32,088 bases of DNA from Thraustochytrium aureum (GCA_012862495.1 BLSG01000211.1:1-32088); one strand, 5' to 3'; positions 1-11,658 are shown, counted from the stretch's first letter. Notes: generated by a model from the sequence alone, not told the origin. Numbers and translations are program-made.

Positions 1-131
1 GTCATCCACGCCGCGGCCTCGTCCACCACCACCTTGGTCGACCGACCGAGGACGGTAGACTTCCAGTCGTACGAGATCATGACAAATGTCCGGCGCGCGG
101 CGCTCGCGGGGCGCGCCGGGGGCGCCGCCAT
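1..131 (-). CDS. 5' end of a TIR-like domain protein, truncated by the window edge; probable paralog of the gene at 24273-28006
   Basis: Not in the ORF track. Hand translation from ATG 131 gives MAAPPARPASAARRTFVMISYDWKSTVLGRSTKVVVDEAAAWM. FVMISYDW resembles the first beta strand of TIR_2 domains. The segment aligns without gaps to TVVVLYDVESVVHGQAATEVVEALVGWM of the 28006 gene. Confidence 0.6.
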   Translation of the reverse strand, partial: MAAPPARPASAARRTFVMISYDWKSTVLGRSTKVVVDEAAAWM

Positions 132-1019
132 CTCGCTCGCCACCTAGCCACAAGCTTCGTCCTGCTCTGCTGCGTTCGGTGTCTGCCAGTGCTGCATGGC
201 TGCGGAGCGAGCACTCGGCATCGGCGCACTGCGCACACCTCTGCAGACGGCGGCGCCCCATGCAGTGGGCGCACCTCCCGCTGCCAGTGGGTTTGGCACA
301 CGCAGCGATGCCATTTGGCCCACACATTTCCAGCATTGTTGGTGATTGATTGTTCAATGTTGTTGCAAGGAGGGTTGCTGGCCTTGAGCCGAGCGCGCTC
401 TCGCCAGGTGCGTTGCGCAGGTCGTTTTTGTTGGGTCTGGCTCCGTAAGTCTGATGAGGACAGGTAGTACTCTACCTGCTGTGACTGTCCTTACTCGAGT
501 ACACCGAACGACTGATCAATCATCGGCGAGCGACTGACATCGGCGAACTCCGAGTCGTGTCGACGATCTCCCGCGGATGGAAAGAGTTGCACCACTGGCA
601 GGCAACCTCTTTGCGGGAATCAACTATCCAAGGCCACGGTCACGGAGCAGGACGCCTTGCCGGAGAGCGAAAGGCCAGCTGCGAGTCTGTTGGCTGCCCC
701 GCTTCGTGCCAACGTGGCCCGCGCCGGTTGGTCAAAAAGAATGCTGGCCGCCGTCGTGTTTGTCATGGATGCGCCGCGCTGATTGGGGCGCACGACCGTT
801 TTTACGGCGCGAGGAACAACTTGCGCAGACTTGTCTGCGACGGGCCGGCAGGCTTGCTGTGCTTGCGCTGTTCTGTGTTGCATGGTGCTGGCGCTCGCTC
901 CCCGGGAGCGACAACCGGGCAAGTCCGCGGAGGCAGAGAACAGCGTCAACGATCGCCGACGAGCTGCGAGTAACAAAGGGCTCGTTCGACTGCTAGCTAG
1001 CTAGAGTACAACACTACTA

Positions 1020-2227
1020 CTACAAGTAGACCGAGCGGTCGTGCGAGAGCTCGGCTTCTTGCCGCAAGCGCGGGCCGTCCTCCGGGTGAAAGTGCAAGAC
1101 CTCCAGGAGAATCTGGTCCTGAATGTCGCGCTTGCGCAGCTCGCTGTCCGGCTTGTTGTCGTCGAAAAGGAAGATCCGCTCGCACAGCGGCTCGTCGTCC
1201 GGCTGGTGCATCGACTCCAAGTAGGGGTGGCGCAGCGCCTCGTCGACCGAGATGCGCTTGGCCGGGTTGAACTGCAGCATTTGGTCCAACAGGTCGAGCC
1301 CCGCCTCGGAAGCGGCAGGAAACATCTCCGCCATGCGGCGCTTGCGGCGCAGCGGCTGGTTGCGCATGAACCGCTTGGCCTTTTCGCTCGTGATGAAGGC
1401 CATGTCGCTCTCGGAGGGCGTGCCGAGGACGTCGGTGATGAGCTGCAGCTGGTGGATGTAGTCTTCGCCTGGAAAGAGCGGCTTGCGGTCCAAGAGCTCG
1501 GCAAAGATGCAGCCGAGCGCCCACACGTCGATCGCCTTGGTGTACTCGCGGCAAGCGAGCATGATTTCGGGCGCACGGTACCAGCGCGTCACCACGTACT
1601 CGGTGAGCTCGAGTTTCGTGTCCTCGAGCCCGCGCGCGAGCCCAAAGTCGCACACCTTGAGGTCGCAGTTTGCGTTGAGCAGCAGGTTGGAGGGCTTGAG
1701 GTCGCGGTGGATCACGTTGGCCGAGTGGATGTACTTTAGCGCGCGCAACGTCTGGTAAACAAAGTACTGCACGTGGTCGTCCGTCAGCTTTTGCTTCGAG
1801 TAGATGACGCGGTGCAGGTCGGTCTCCATCAGCTCGCTCACGATGTAAATGTCCTCAAAGTCGTTGTACCCGCGCGGGGCCAGCAGATCGCGGATGTGAA
1901 TCACGTTCTCGTGGTCAAAGTGCCGCAGAAGCTTGATCTCGCGCAAGATGCGCTTGGCGTCCACCAGGTCCTCAAAGGCGCGCGTCACCTTCTTGATCGC
2001 CACCTGCTCGCCGCTCTCGCGGTCCTCTGCGCTCACGACGACGCCGTACGCCCCGGTTCCGACCGGTCGGATGAACGAGTACCGTGTGTCCACCTCAAAT
2101 GTGGTCGCAGGCGTGGAGAACTTGTGCGTTGGCCGCCGTTGCGCGACGGGTCTGGATTCCGCTGCACTCGTGCCCCACGCCGACACGGACCCCTCGCTGC
2201 CGTGCCGCTTTGCGCGTGCCGAAGGCG
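1020..2227 (-). CDS. Mitogen-activated protein kinase (TEY activation loop); 5' end runs into an assembly gap
   Basis: Motifs GTGAYGVV, VAIKK, AKRILREIKLL, HRDLKPSN, CDFGLAR, TEYVVTRWYRAPE, and HPY near the C-terminus. The track start at 2186 is a GTG, and the frame stays open to the N-run at 2228. Confidence 0.97.
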
Positions 2228-2397
2228 NNNNNNNNNNNNNNNNNNNNNNNNNNNNNNNNNNNNNNNNNNNNNNNNNNNNNNNNNNNNNNNNNNNNNNNNN
2301 NNNNNNNNNNNNNNNNNNNNNNNNNNNNNNNNNNNNNNNNNNNNNNNNNNNNNNNNNNNNNNNNNNNNNNNNNNNNNNNNNNNNNNNNNNNNNNNNN

Positions 2398-2961
2398 GCT
2401 CCACCGCGACGAGAGTCCGCGGCTGCGCGCTCCGCTGCCGACGCTGCTGGCGCTCGTCTCGCTTGCGTTGCTGTTGCGGCGTCGGTGCTGCTTGAGCCGC
2501 TTGAAGGCGTACCTGCGCGTCCGAGCCCTCCCGAGCCGGACCCGCCCCGATACCTTGCTCTCTTCCTCTTCGCTGCCGCGGCCCGGCTCGTTCCTCATGC
2601 CAGGGACTTGGCCACCCGCTGCGGACAGAGGCTTGGTGCTTGTTCGCTGCGTTCGAGCGAGCTCGATGGCGCGCCCCAGCGCTCGAAGCCAGTCCGCTTG
2701 CGCCTCAGCCGTCTCGGCGCAGATGATGAGCACCTGGCGGTTCGTCGACAGCTCCATGCTGTGCGGTTTGTAGTGGGAGGCCTTGACGAACGAGTTGCTC
2801 GTGATGTGCAGCTCGCCGCGGGGCCGCGCGTCCCCCTCGCTGCGAAAGTAGAGCAGCGCTGTCCCTTCGAGCACGAAATAGCGTCGCTTCCAGGTGCGCC
2901 CAGACTTCATCGTGCGTTTGACGAGGTAGCCCTCATGCCGCATCGTCGCCGGATCGGCCAT
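2398..2961 (-). CDS. Pleckstrin homology (PH) domain; probably the N-terminus of the MAPK gene
   Basis: ATG 2961: HEGYLVKR...TWKRRYFVLEGTALLYF...PRGEL...LIICAETAEAQADWLRALGRA is a PH consensus. There is no stop before the gap, and the strand matches the MAPK. Confidence 0.88.
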
Positions 2962-3419
2962 GTTCTCGCTCGATGCCGCTGCGCTTCCCCGCACGCCCCT
3001 TCCAGGCCCTTACCAAGCGCACGGCCAACGAAAAAAAGAGAAGCGCACCCCGCGAGCAGGGGCCGCGCACCGTCCGATACCGCGCGCCGCCGCAAGGCGC
3101 AGCAGCACGAGTCGATCGTCTGGCCGCCCGACGGCCGCTTTCCAGCCCGCCCGCCTGCCCACTGGCCAGCCCCGCTCGGCGCAGCGTTGGCTTCGCGCTC
3201 GTCGGCCTGGAGGAGGGCGGGAGGCCACGACGCCCAGCGGGGCACAAGCCAACCGACAAAACCAGCCGACCAACCGACCCGGCAAGAACGAGCAAGCAAG
3301 CAGGCAATCGCACAAAGCCAACGCAGCTGCGGGGCCGCGCAGCGCCTTCAGCCGCGTCCGAAGCGGCGTCGTGTTGCGACTCTGCCGCGGCCGCGATCGT
3401 CGCCAAAATTGCACCAGAA

Positions 3420-3443
3420 AACAACAACAACAACAACAAACAA
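3420..3443. repeat. (AAC)n microsatellite
   Basis: acaacaacaacaacaacaaacaa. Confidence 0.85.
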
Positions 3444-3703
3444 CACCAACAGCACAGCAACAGGCAAATCAGACAGTTTCAACTTCGAGCGCCACTCCAC
3501 CGCAGCTCGGCACAACTTCAGCACTTGATCGTAGGCTTGGTTTGCGCGCCTGGGGGACGCGACTTGCGCGGTGCACCGGTCAGTGCTGTGATGGACGTCG
3601 GAGAGGCTGCGCTTGCGACTGACTGCCTGCCTGCCAGTCTGCGTCAATCACCTCGAGTGGAAAGCGTCCGACAATCGTCATCGCGAGTCTTCGCCGTCAG
3701 GAG

Positions 3704-3775
3704 TGGATGTATGCATGGATGGATGATGGATGCATGGATGCATGGATGAATCCTCATCGATCGATCGATCGATCG
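3704..3775. repeat. Compound microsatellite: imperfect (ATGG)n followed by (ATCG)5
   Basis: ggatgtatgcatggatggatgatggatgcatggatgcatggatg, then atcgatcgatcgatcgatcg at 3756-3775. Confidence 0.85.
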
Positions 3776-5318
3776 GTGTATGATCAATGATGCGGAAGCC
3801 CTTCCGTTTGGCGCACGGAAAGGGTTGTTTGCACCGCCAAACCTACTGGCCTTTGCTTCTCTGCGAGCAGGAGGGCGAGCTTACCGCTGCTGGGACGAGG
3901 CGGATGTGGCGGGCGCGCTGTACGCCTGTCGTCGCGCCCTGCTGCTGTGCTACTGGAGCTAGTAGCGTGAAGGGCCGTTAGAGGAGGCGTTCCGCAGCTG
4001 AGGAACGCCTTGGCGCACCCTAACCTGGCGTGTCAACTCGCACATTCACACTTTTTGCGATGGCAATTGGACCGGCCAGAGCTCGAACGCTTCGAAGACG
4101 CGCTGCGCCAGCCGCGTCTGCTGCGCCAGCCGCGTCTGCTGTGCCTGCTGCCGGCGACCCCGCGCACGCAACGCAATGGAGGCCATTGACCGTTCNNNNN
4201 NNNNNNNNNNNNNNNNNNNNNNNNNNNNNNNNNNNNNNNNNNNNNNNNNNNNNNNNNNNNNNNNNNNNNNNNNNNNNNNNNNNNNNNNNNNNNNNNNNNN
4301 NNNNNNNNNNNNNNNNNNNNNNNNNNNNNNNNNNNNNNNNNNNNNNNNNNNNNNNNNNNNNNNNNNNNNNNNNNNNNNNNNNNNNNNNNNNNNNNNNNNN
4401 NNNNNNNNNNNNNNNNNNNNNNNNNNNNNNNNNNNNNNNNNNNNNNNNNNNNNNNNNNNNNNNNNNNNNNNNNNNNNNNNNNNNNNNNNNNNNNNNNNNN
4501 NNNNNNNNNNNNNNNNNNNNNNNNNNNNNNNNNNNNNNNNNNNNNNNNNNNNNNNNNNNNNNNNNNNNNNNNNNNNNNNNNNNNNNNNNNNNNNNNNNNN
4601 NNNNNNNNNNNNNNNNNNNNNNNNNNNNNNNNNNNNNNNNNNNNNNNNNNNNNNNNNNNNNNNNNNNNNNNNNNNNNNNNNNNNNNNNNNNNNNNNNNNN
4701 NNNNNNNNNNNNNNNNNNNNNNNNNNNNNNNNNNNNNNNNNNNNNNNNNNNNNNNNNNNNNNNNNNNNNNNNNNNNNNNNNNNNNNNNNNNNNNNNNNNN
4801 NNNNNNNNNNNNNNNNNNNNNNNNNNNNNNNNNNNNNNNNNNNNNNNNNNNNNNNNNNNNNNNNNNNNNNNNNNNNNNNNNNNNNNNNNNNNNNNNNNNN
4901 NNNNNNNNNNNNNNNNNNNNNNNNNNNNNNNNNNNNNNNNNNNNNNNNNNNNNNNNNNNNNNNNNNNNNNNNNNNNNNNNNNNNNNNNNNNNNNNNNNNN
5001 NNNNNNNNNNNNNNNNNNNNNNNNNNNNNNNNNNNNNNNNNNNNNNNNNNNNNNNNNNNNNNNNNNNNNNNNNNNNNNNNNNNNNNNNNNNNNNNNNNNN
5101 NNNNNNNNNNNNNNNNNNNNNNNNNNNNNNNNNNNNNNNNNNNNNNNNNNNNNNNNNNNNNNNNNNNNNNNNNNNNNNNNNAAGGCAGCCCCGCTCGTCA
5201 GTACTCGTCAAATGGTGGATGCCACGGGCATCCCGGGCCCACGGGGCTCGGGGTCGGCCCGCTCGCACGGCGGCTCGGCTCCGAGCCGGCCGCCTTTTCC
5301 CCTGCCAACGCTCGCCGC

Positions 5319-6356
5319 TCAGGCAGACTCCTCGGCCTCCGGCTCCGCCTCGACCTGCTCCGCTTCCGGCTCCGCCGCCTCCTCTTCGTCATCAAGGTCG
5401 GCGTCCGGCCCGTCGGGGTAGACGACAAACTTGTTGATGAGCTCCTCGGCGTTGCCGGCCGCGGTGATGCCCGCGGTCACCGCCTCCATGGCCGCAAGGT
5501 GGGCGAAGACCTCGCCCACGGTGAACTGCTTGGCCAAGAACGCCGGAAGCATGCCCTTGAGGAGCGTGTGGCAGAGCACGGTGGCCTCGCAGCCCTCGAC
5601 CTCGGACTTGCCGCCCATGAACGAGGACTTGGTCACCGTCTTGGGCTTGAACTGCACGCCAAACAGGAGCACCGCCGAGCGCACGGCGCCGGGGACGGCC
5701 TTGGCAGGGATGTTGCCCTCGACCGACTTGGCGGCCACCGTGATGGTGCCGTCCTCGGCCTCCTCCCAGGTCTGGAAGAGCGCTACGTCGCGGAGCGCAA
5801 TCATGGAGGGGCCAAAGTTCTTCACCTGGTGGAACAGCGAGGTCTTGCCGCCGCGGAACGTGTAGTGCTCGCGCATGTACACGAGCGAGGGGTCGCACTG
5901 CCCGTTGAACTCGGCGCGGATGTGCGTCAGCAAGGCCATGCGAGGGGTCACGGGGACGTCCTTTTTAATGCGGAGGAGCGCGACGCCCTTCTCGGCGCGG
6001 TCGGAGCTGACCTCGACGGTGCCGCCGCTCTTGGACGAGGGGGCCTCGAACGCGCCGCCCTGCACGAGGTCCTTGACTTGGTTCATGGCGGTCTTGGCGA
6101 CCTCGTCCCAGGCCATGCTCTCGCCCGAGCTCAGCTTGAGCGTGCGCGGCACTCGCGAGGCCTTCTCCCAAAAGTTGTACCACTTCTTGCTCGAGGCGAG
6201 CTGGACGTCCTGGCCGGCGGCGTGCACCTTCTCAAAGCCGGCCTTCGAGAAAACATTGGCGTGCTTGGCGTGCTCGGCGCGGGCCTCCTGCAGGTTGGCC
6301 TTGGCCGCGAGCAGCGACCGCCGCCTGTCCTCCACAACCGCGAGCTCGTCGCCCAT
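5319..6356 (-). CDS. START/SRPBCC-like lipid-binding domain protein with an acidic C-terminal tail
   Basis: 345 aa with strong GC3 bias. START-like segments: MIALRDVALFQTW, DGTITVAAKSVE, PGAVRSAVLLFGVQFKP, CEATVLCHTLLKGMLPAFL. Just upstream, CTGAT...AAG|ATG could be an intron acceptor, so an upstream exon is possible. Confidence 0.75.
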   Translation of the reverse strand: MGDELAVVEDRRRSLLAAKANLQEARAEHAKHANVFSKAGFEKVHAAGQDVQLASSKKWYNFWEKASRVPRTLKLSSGESMAWDEVAKTAMNQVKDLVQGGAFEAPSSKSGGTVEVSSDRAEKGVALLRIKKDVPVTPRMALLTHIRAEFNGQCDPSLVYMREHYTFRGGKTSLFHQVKNFGPSMIALRDVALFQTWEEAEDGTITVAAKSVEGNIPAKAVPGAVRSAVLLFGVQFKPKTVTKSSFMGGKSEVEGCEATVLCHTLLKGMLPAFLAKQFTVGEVFAHLAAMEAVTAGITAAGNAEELINKFVVYPDGPDADLDDEEEAAEPEAEQVEAEPEAEESA

Positions 6357-6599
6357 CTTTTGGTATCAGCTCGTCGACTGCCGCTCAGANNNNNNNNNNN
6401 NNNNNNNNNNNNNNNNNNNNNNNNNNNNNNNNNNNNNNNNNNNNNNNNNNNNNNNNNNNNNNNNNNNNNNNNNNNNNNNNNNNNNNNNNNNNNNNNNNNN
6501 NNNNNNNNNNNNNNNNNNNNNNNNNNNNNNNNNNNNNNNNNNNNNNNNNNNNNNNNNNNNNNNNNNNNNNNNNNNNNNNNNNNNNNNNNNNNNNNNNNN

Positions 6600-6653
6600 C
6601 TGCTCCTGCTGCTGCTCCTGCTGCTGCGACTGCTGCTGCTGCTGCTGCGACTG
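6600..6653. repeat. Imperfect (CTG/CAG)n microsatellite beside a gap
   Basis: ctgctcctgctgctgctcctgctgctgcgactgctgctgctgctgctgcgactg. Confidence 0.85.
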
Positions 6654-8058
6654 GGAGGCACGGCACGTACTGAGACTGCCGCACCATGACCAGAGCGATC
6701 ACATGCCATTCGTGCAGCAGCCTGCCAAGTAGTCATCACCAGTGATGCGCAGCATGATGCAGCCTTGCGGCTCGTGCCGCATCCCTTCACACCGACCGCC
6801 AAACTCGCAACCGCCTCCTCTGCGCGCAGAGGAAAGTAAAGACCGGTGTGCGCCCGCATGCGCCGCGCCACGCAGGCATTACTTTCGGGAAGGGAGGTCG
6901 ACGCGGTGCGCACCCCAGCCTCCTCGCGCGCTTTCACCTCATCAGGCTCAACTTCGTCAAGAAACAAGTCAACCACTGGCAAATGGAAGGCGAGCGAAGG
7001 AAGAAGGCAGGCGACAGTGTGCGCCGCCGCCCGCGGGGGCGTCTGGCGGTCATCCGCCGTCTGCAGGCCGCCAGAGTCGATGGTTTCCAAGCGCATTCTA
7101 CCCTTCGATCTCCGCGATTCTCGCGTGGCACACCTCCCGCTGTCATCCCTTACCACTCACTCCCTCCAATGGACGGACAGATGCTGTCCCTGAGCGGTCC
7201 GGCGCCCGGCCGACCTGCGCTCGCCCTCGTGGGAACGGCGAATCGCTGACACAAGGCGAGCTCGGCGCGGGGTTCGGGCTGCGCTGCCCACCAGCACGAG
7301 CAGCACGAGCAGACGGCCCACTGCGGCCGCTTCTTTCAATGATGCAGAGCTCGGGGACTCTTCCGAGCGCCAACATACGGTCGCCGCAAAAAACGCATGG
7401 CGTGCAAAGCCGCCAGTCTTGCCTCGAACGGCTTCCGCTCAGTAGCGTCCGCGCCAACACGATGCACGCCTCTGCAAGGCGGGGCTGCGCTCGTCGACGA
7501 CGAGTCTGCTCCATCAAACCACCATTTGGGTTGGGCGCTAAAAGACGGGATTTGATTTGTAGTTGAGCACTCGGTCCCCAGGCCGACTGGCAGGTCGGCA
7601 TCCGCAGCGTGTCAGCGAGCCGCAGATCAGAAATCAGCGAGCGCTGCTGCGCCGAATATCTTGTCCTGACCGCCGCGCACTTGGCAGATTGTGACACAAC
7701 GATGCGAAGAATTCGCTCACCGGCCTCGAGTCCCACGAACGGTGTCGCGCTACACAGTCTGCAAGCCGCCCGCCTGTTTGCGCCACAGCGCTCGTCGCAA
7801 CTGGTCTCAGGCGCGGACACCAGTCGCGAGCGAGTCGGGAAGACGGGCCTTGCAGAACCCCTCGCAGCAACGTCTGGAGCAGAAGCTCGCTCTGCTGGTT
7901 TCGTTTTGCTTGTTTGATTTTGCTAAAGAAAGTAACAGTCTGCGCGGGAGCAGCAGACTCCCGCAACGAGCGCGGCCCGCAGTCCCAAGATGCCCAACGG
8001 CTGCGACGGGGATGCCCCCGCGGCGCCATTGCCGCCCACGCCCCCCTATGGCTCTCGA

Positions 8059-9583
8059 TCAAAAGGCTCCTGTACAGCCCCAATGGTTGGCTTTGCGAAA
8101 GTCGTGGCTGTGGATCCAGTGGTTGGAGGCATACTTGGTGCCCTTGCTCACAGGGAGCGCGGCGTGGTAAGTCCGCGGGTCCTGCTTGTACGGATCGTCG
8201 TTCATGACGCTCGGCCAGAGGACAGCACGGCCGCGCCGCGGATCCACCTTGATCCCACCCTTGACGCGCGGAAAGTTCGTCTCCCCGCCCTCTTCCACGT
8301 CGCTCAGGTACAGGAAGAAGGTGAGAATGCGCGGCCCCGCCGGCTCATCGCGCGCGCTGGGAGACATGTCGTGGTGCACGCGGTAGTACTGGCCGTGGGT
8401 ATACTCGAGCAGTTGGAACGATTCGTAATTGCGGACCGGCACGCGCGTAATGCGCTCTATCTTTTCGGTGATGCCGCGCACGACAGGGTCGCGCTCACAA
8501 TCGTTCGAGCACCAAGTGTTGGAGGGAGGTGCGTTGCAGCGATACAACCTTGGTCGTCTCGCCGCGCTCGTTCTGCTCACCGACGTCCGTGCTGCGCTCG
8601 TAGCCGAGCTTGCGGCCCCACTTGAGCATGGTGTCGATCTCTAGGTCGGTCAAAAAGTTGTCGAAGACGAGAATCCAGGGCCCATCCGGGGGCTCGCTCT
8701 CGATGCGGACCTCGAGGTCGGCAAAGTCCTCCACGATGCGCTGGAACATCTTGTCCAGGTCGCCAGGCTGCCAGACGTGCGCGTCGGTGATGTTGAGGAA
8801 GGATCGCTGGCAGCGCTTCTTTGCGTCCAGGAGGTCGCACTTGTTGCACGCCTTGGGGCACATGACGATCATCCAGCCCGGGTTCTCCTCGCACTCGCCT
8901 TGCTTGGCGTAGTTCTGGCACCGCTTCGGGAACCGGTCCGCGCAGGGGTCGGCCACCTCGGCGAGCCGCTTGGAGTCGGCACCCAGCACGTAGGTCCTCT
9001 GGTCGGGATCGATCTCCACGATCTCGCCAACCTGGTCCTGGGTCCCCTCGCGCGCAAACATAAACCTGTGCCCCGCATACGTGTTGATGTTCGTAGGGCC
9101 CTTGAACGACTTGACCACCTCGACCCACTCGTCCTCCTGGCTCTCCCAGTAGAGCGCCACTGATGCGCGCCACTGGTTGTCGAACACCACCGGGATCGAC
9201 TCGGACGCCGCGGCGTCGTGGTCCTCGCCCCCATCGCTCGCCTCGTCCTCCTCGTCCTCCTCGTCGCTGAGGAGGTCGTCGCCGCTGAGCGCGGCCTCAG
9301 CGCGCCCACTTTCCCCGTCTATCCCGGCGCGTCGCAGCTCGCCGTTGAGTTGAGCAAGCGGGGCGCTCACGCCCGAGGCCTGCGGCCTCGCAAGCAGCTG
9401 CTTGACGCTCTCGCTCCTGCTGCTCACCGCGACCGCCAGCACGACGCCAAGCATCGCGCGCATCAGAAACCCTTTCGACCCAGTCGCCGGCGCCTCGTCG
9501 GGCCCGTCGCGCTGCCCGCGTCCCTGGCCATCCTGCCCGGGGGCCGCCACCGGGCCGCCGTCCCGAGCCTCGTTCTCGCCCAT
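8059..9583 (-). CDS. Prolyl 4-hydroxylase (2OG-Fe(II) dioxygenase) with ShKT domain, VHL-beta-like domain and N-terminal hydrophobic segment; one frameshift at about 8524-8526
   Basis: Catalytic motifs YYRVHHD, RILTFFLYLSDVEEGGETNFP, YHAALPVSKGTKY. ShKT domain CADRFPKRCQNYAKQGECEENPGWMIVMCPKACNKC at 8837-8944. Removing one G from GGG at 8524-8526 joins the two track ORFs as VVSLQRTS-SNTWC. Start is ATG 9583 or 9463. Confidence 0.9.
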
Positions 9584-10092
9584 TCCCGCACCGAAATCCA
9601 AACCCAGCACACCGGCAGAAAGCCCGAAACCAGGCGCGTATCCTGCGCCGCACCAGCCGCAGCAGCTCGCCGCGCCTCGCGCCGTACGCGGCCCCGCGCA
9701 GCCGCTCCTGCCGCTCTAAGTAGCGCACCCGCACCGTCTTCTTCCTCTCTCTCTGGGCTATCATTTTCAGAATTAAGGTATACGGTTAAGGCGATGAACA
9801 TATTTAATGTACGCCTCCGCAGAGCGGTCCTTGCCGCTGGCATTGCAAAGGGCGGAGCGGATTGCGCTTGTTAAGATAAAAAGACCCGCAGTGTGCATAA
9901 TAAAGGGGTTTAGTGCCGTTGAAGGCAACCGTGGCATCGGCAGAGCTGCAAGGGACTGAACGCCGGCCGCATCGCAGGACGCGCCGAGCGGTCGAGGCCG
10001 CGGGTCGACGCTGCGCGTGGTGTTCCTGCTGGAGCTGGTGCTGGGTTTTTCTGCTGTAGGTGGCGCCGTTTCTGGGCTTTGGACGCGCCGAG

Positions 10093-10986
10093 ATGGGCCA
10101 GGGCGAGAGCAAGTCCGGCGAACGCCGGCGGAGCTCGTGGCGGCTCGGCGGCAAGCGAGGCGAGGAGGCCAGGGCGGAGCGCGGCGAGGAGGACGAGGTT
10201 GTTCTGCTAGATGAGGTGGACGAGCTCGAGGATGACCGCGAGTTTTGCGAGCAGCTGAGCAGGAATATCAAGCGGCTCATTGCCTACGCGCACTCGGCAG
10301 ACACACAGCTTCAGCGCGAGGTCGCAGAGACGCTCGCCAACCAGGCTGTCAGGGCGTCGCGTCAGTCGATGATCGTAGAGAATGGCGGTCTGGATCTCCT
10401 GCTCCCCTTGACAGAGAGCAGCGACAACGAGGTCCGCCGCCTTGCAGCGCACGCGCTGGCCAACCTCTCCGTCGACGAGGCCAACCAGGTCTCCATGGCA
10501 CAGCAAGGCGGGATCGAGATGATCGTCAGCCTGATTTCAAACCCAGAGGAAGCGCCAAACACCCTGCGTCAGGCCGCGAAGGCGATCGCCAACCTCGGCG
10601 TCAATTCGGACAACAAGGCGCTCATCGCCGAGAAGGGGGCGATCGGCCCGCTCGTCCGTTTGATGCGCGACGAGGACGAGGCCGTGCAGGTTGAGGCTGC
10701 CGCGGCACTCGCCAACTTGGCTGTTGACGATGACAACGAGCGGCAGATCGCCGTGCTGGGGGGTCTGGAGCCGCTCCTGCGCGCCATGGCCTCTGTCGAC
10801 ACCGAGCTCGTGACGCAGGCTGCTCGAGCGCTGCGGAACCTCTCTGTGCATCCGGAAAACAAGGACGAGCTGCTCGCACTGGGGGCGCTGGACGCTGTGC
10901 GCGAAACCATGAGCAACATGGACGACACGGTCGGCGTTCAGTGCAAGCGGATTCTGGTCAACTTGACCGCTTCGACCAAGAAGTGA
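10093..10986 (+). CDS. Armadillo-repeat protein (Vac8-like) with a possible N-myristoylation site
   Basis: Repeated ARM units such as GGLDLLLPL...EVRRLAAHALANLS and GAIGPLVRLM...VQVEAAAALANLA. First ATG 10093 gives MGQGES (G2, S6). Confidence 0.9.
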   Translation: MGQGESKSGERRRSSWRLGGKRGEEARAERGEEDEVVLLDEVDELEDDREFCEQLSRNIKRLIAYAHSADTQLQREVAETLANQAVRASRQSMIVENGGLDLLLPLTESSDNEVRRLAAHALANLSVDEANQVSMAQQGGIEMIVSLISNPEEAPNTLRQAAKAIANLGVNSDNKALIAEKGAIGPLVRLMRDEDEAVQVEAAAALANLAVDDDNERQIAVLGGLEPLLRAMASVDTELVTQAARALRNLSVHPENKDELLALGALDAVRETMSNMDDTVGVQCKRILVNLTASTKK

Positions 10987-11658
10987 AACCGCGACGCTCT
11001 GTCCTTGGGCAGACGCAGCATGAATGGATTTTCTCATCTTTTACAGATCTTGATTGAAAAAGTTGGTCATCGATGTGGTCCGGCTTTCTGCGCAAGGCTG
11101 CGCGAGCAATCTACGAAATCAAAAGTGGGTGTTGCCTGGAAAGGTCGCTTCAGCGCGAAATGACACAGCAGCTCAGAGCAGATCGCCGCCAACTGTGGTG
11201 CGCTGCGTCATTCCAAAGCCATTCTCGGGCCCGCACCGATCGCTCCAACACGCTCGTTTCCGGCCGCGCTCGCTTCGCTTGCAGTTGATGCTCGTTCATT
11301 GGGCCTTTCCCCTCAACTGCGTCACCTCCGTCTCAACTGGCCTCAAGGCGAATGAATCCCCCTCTGTTCAAACGAAGACAGAAGCTCGTCCGAGCTCGGC
11401 CATCAACAGAAAAATGGGTGGTCGCTTGGCCCGCGAGTCGCAAAGCGATGCTCGACGCGGCGGCGATACATAATCGCCGCCGCGTCTCTCTACGATGTTG
11501 ATTGATCACAACTCGGGTCTCTCATCCTCCACGACCATCTGTCCTGATTGATGGACGCCAGCGCCACAGGCCCAGGCTGCACCGAGCGAGCACTCCACGT
11601 GCCAGGTGATGCCTGTGGGGACATGGCGAGCTGGCCATGAAATCAACCATCCAGTCAT

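Noticed and set aside
132..1004. Several overlapping 60-140 aa ORFs
   Set aside because: Arg/Ala/Cys-rich with no motifs, typical of spurious ORFs in GC-rich DNA.
2513..2553. Possible 41-nt minus-strand intron (GTATCG...GCAG) after the PH domain
   Set aside because: The frame is open without it, there is no clear branch point, and the gap prevents testing.
3985..4010. Imperfect 26-nt palindrome AGGCGTTCC-GCAGCTGA-GGAACGCCT as a Helitron 3' hairpin
   Set aside because: The nearby CTRR motifs are not followed by T, and no other Helitron feature is visible.
4030..5421. Long ORFs spanning N-runs, here and at other gaps
   Set aside because: Artefacts of translating through Ns.
6600..7900. Possible upstream exons of the START gene or a polyQ protein
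   Set aside because: The polyQ frame is closed by a stop with no ATG, and no consistent gene model could be built across the gap.
9757..9912. AT-rich patches between the divergent P4H and ARM genes as a bidirectional promoter
   Set aside because: Plausible, but no motif is specific enough to support a call.
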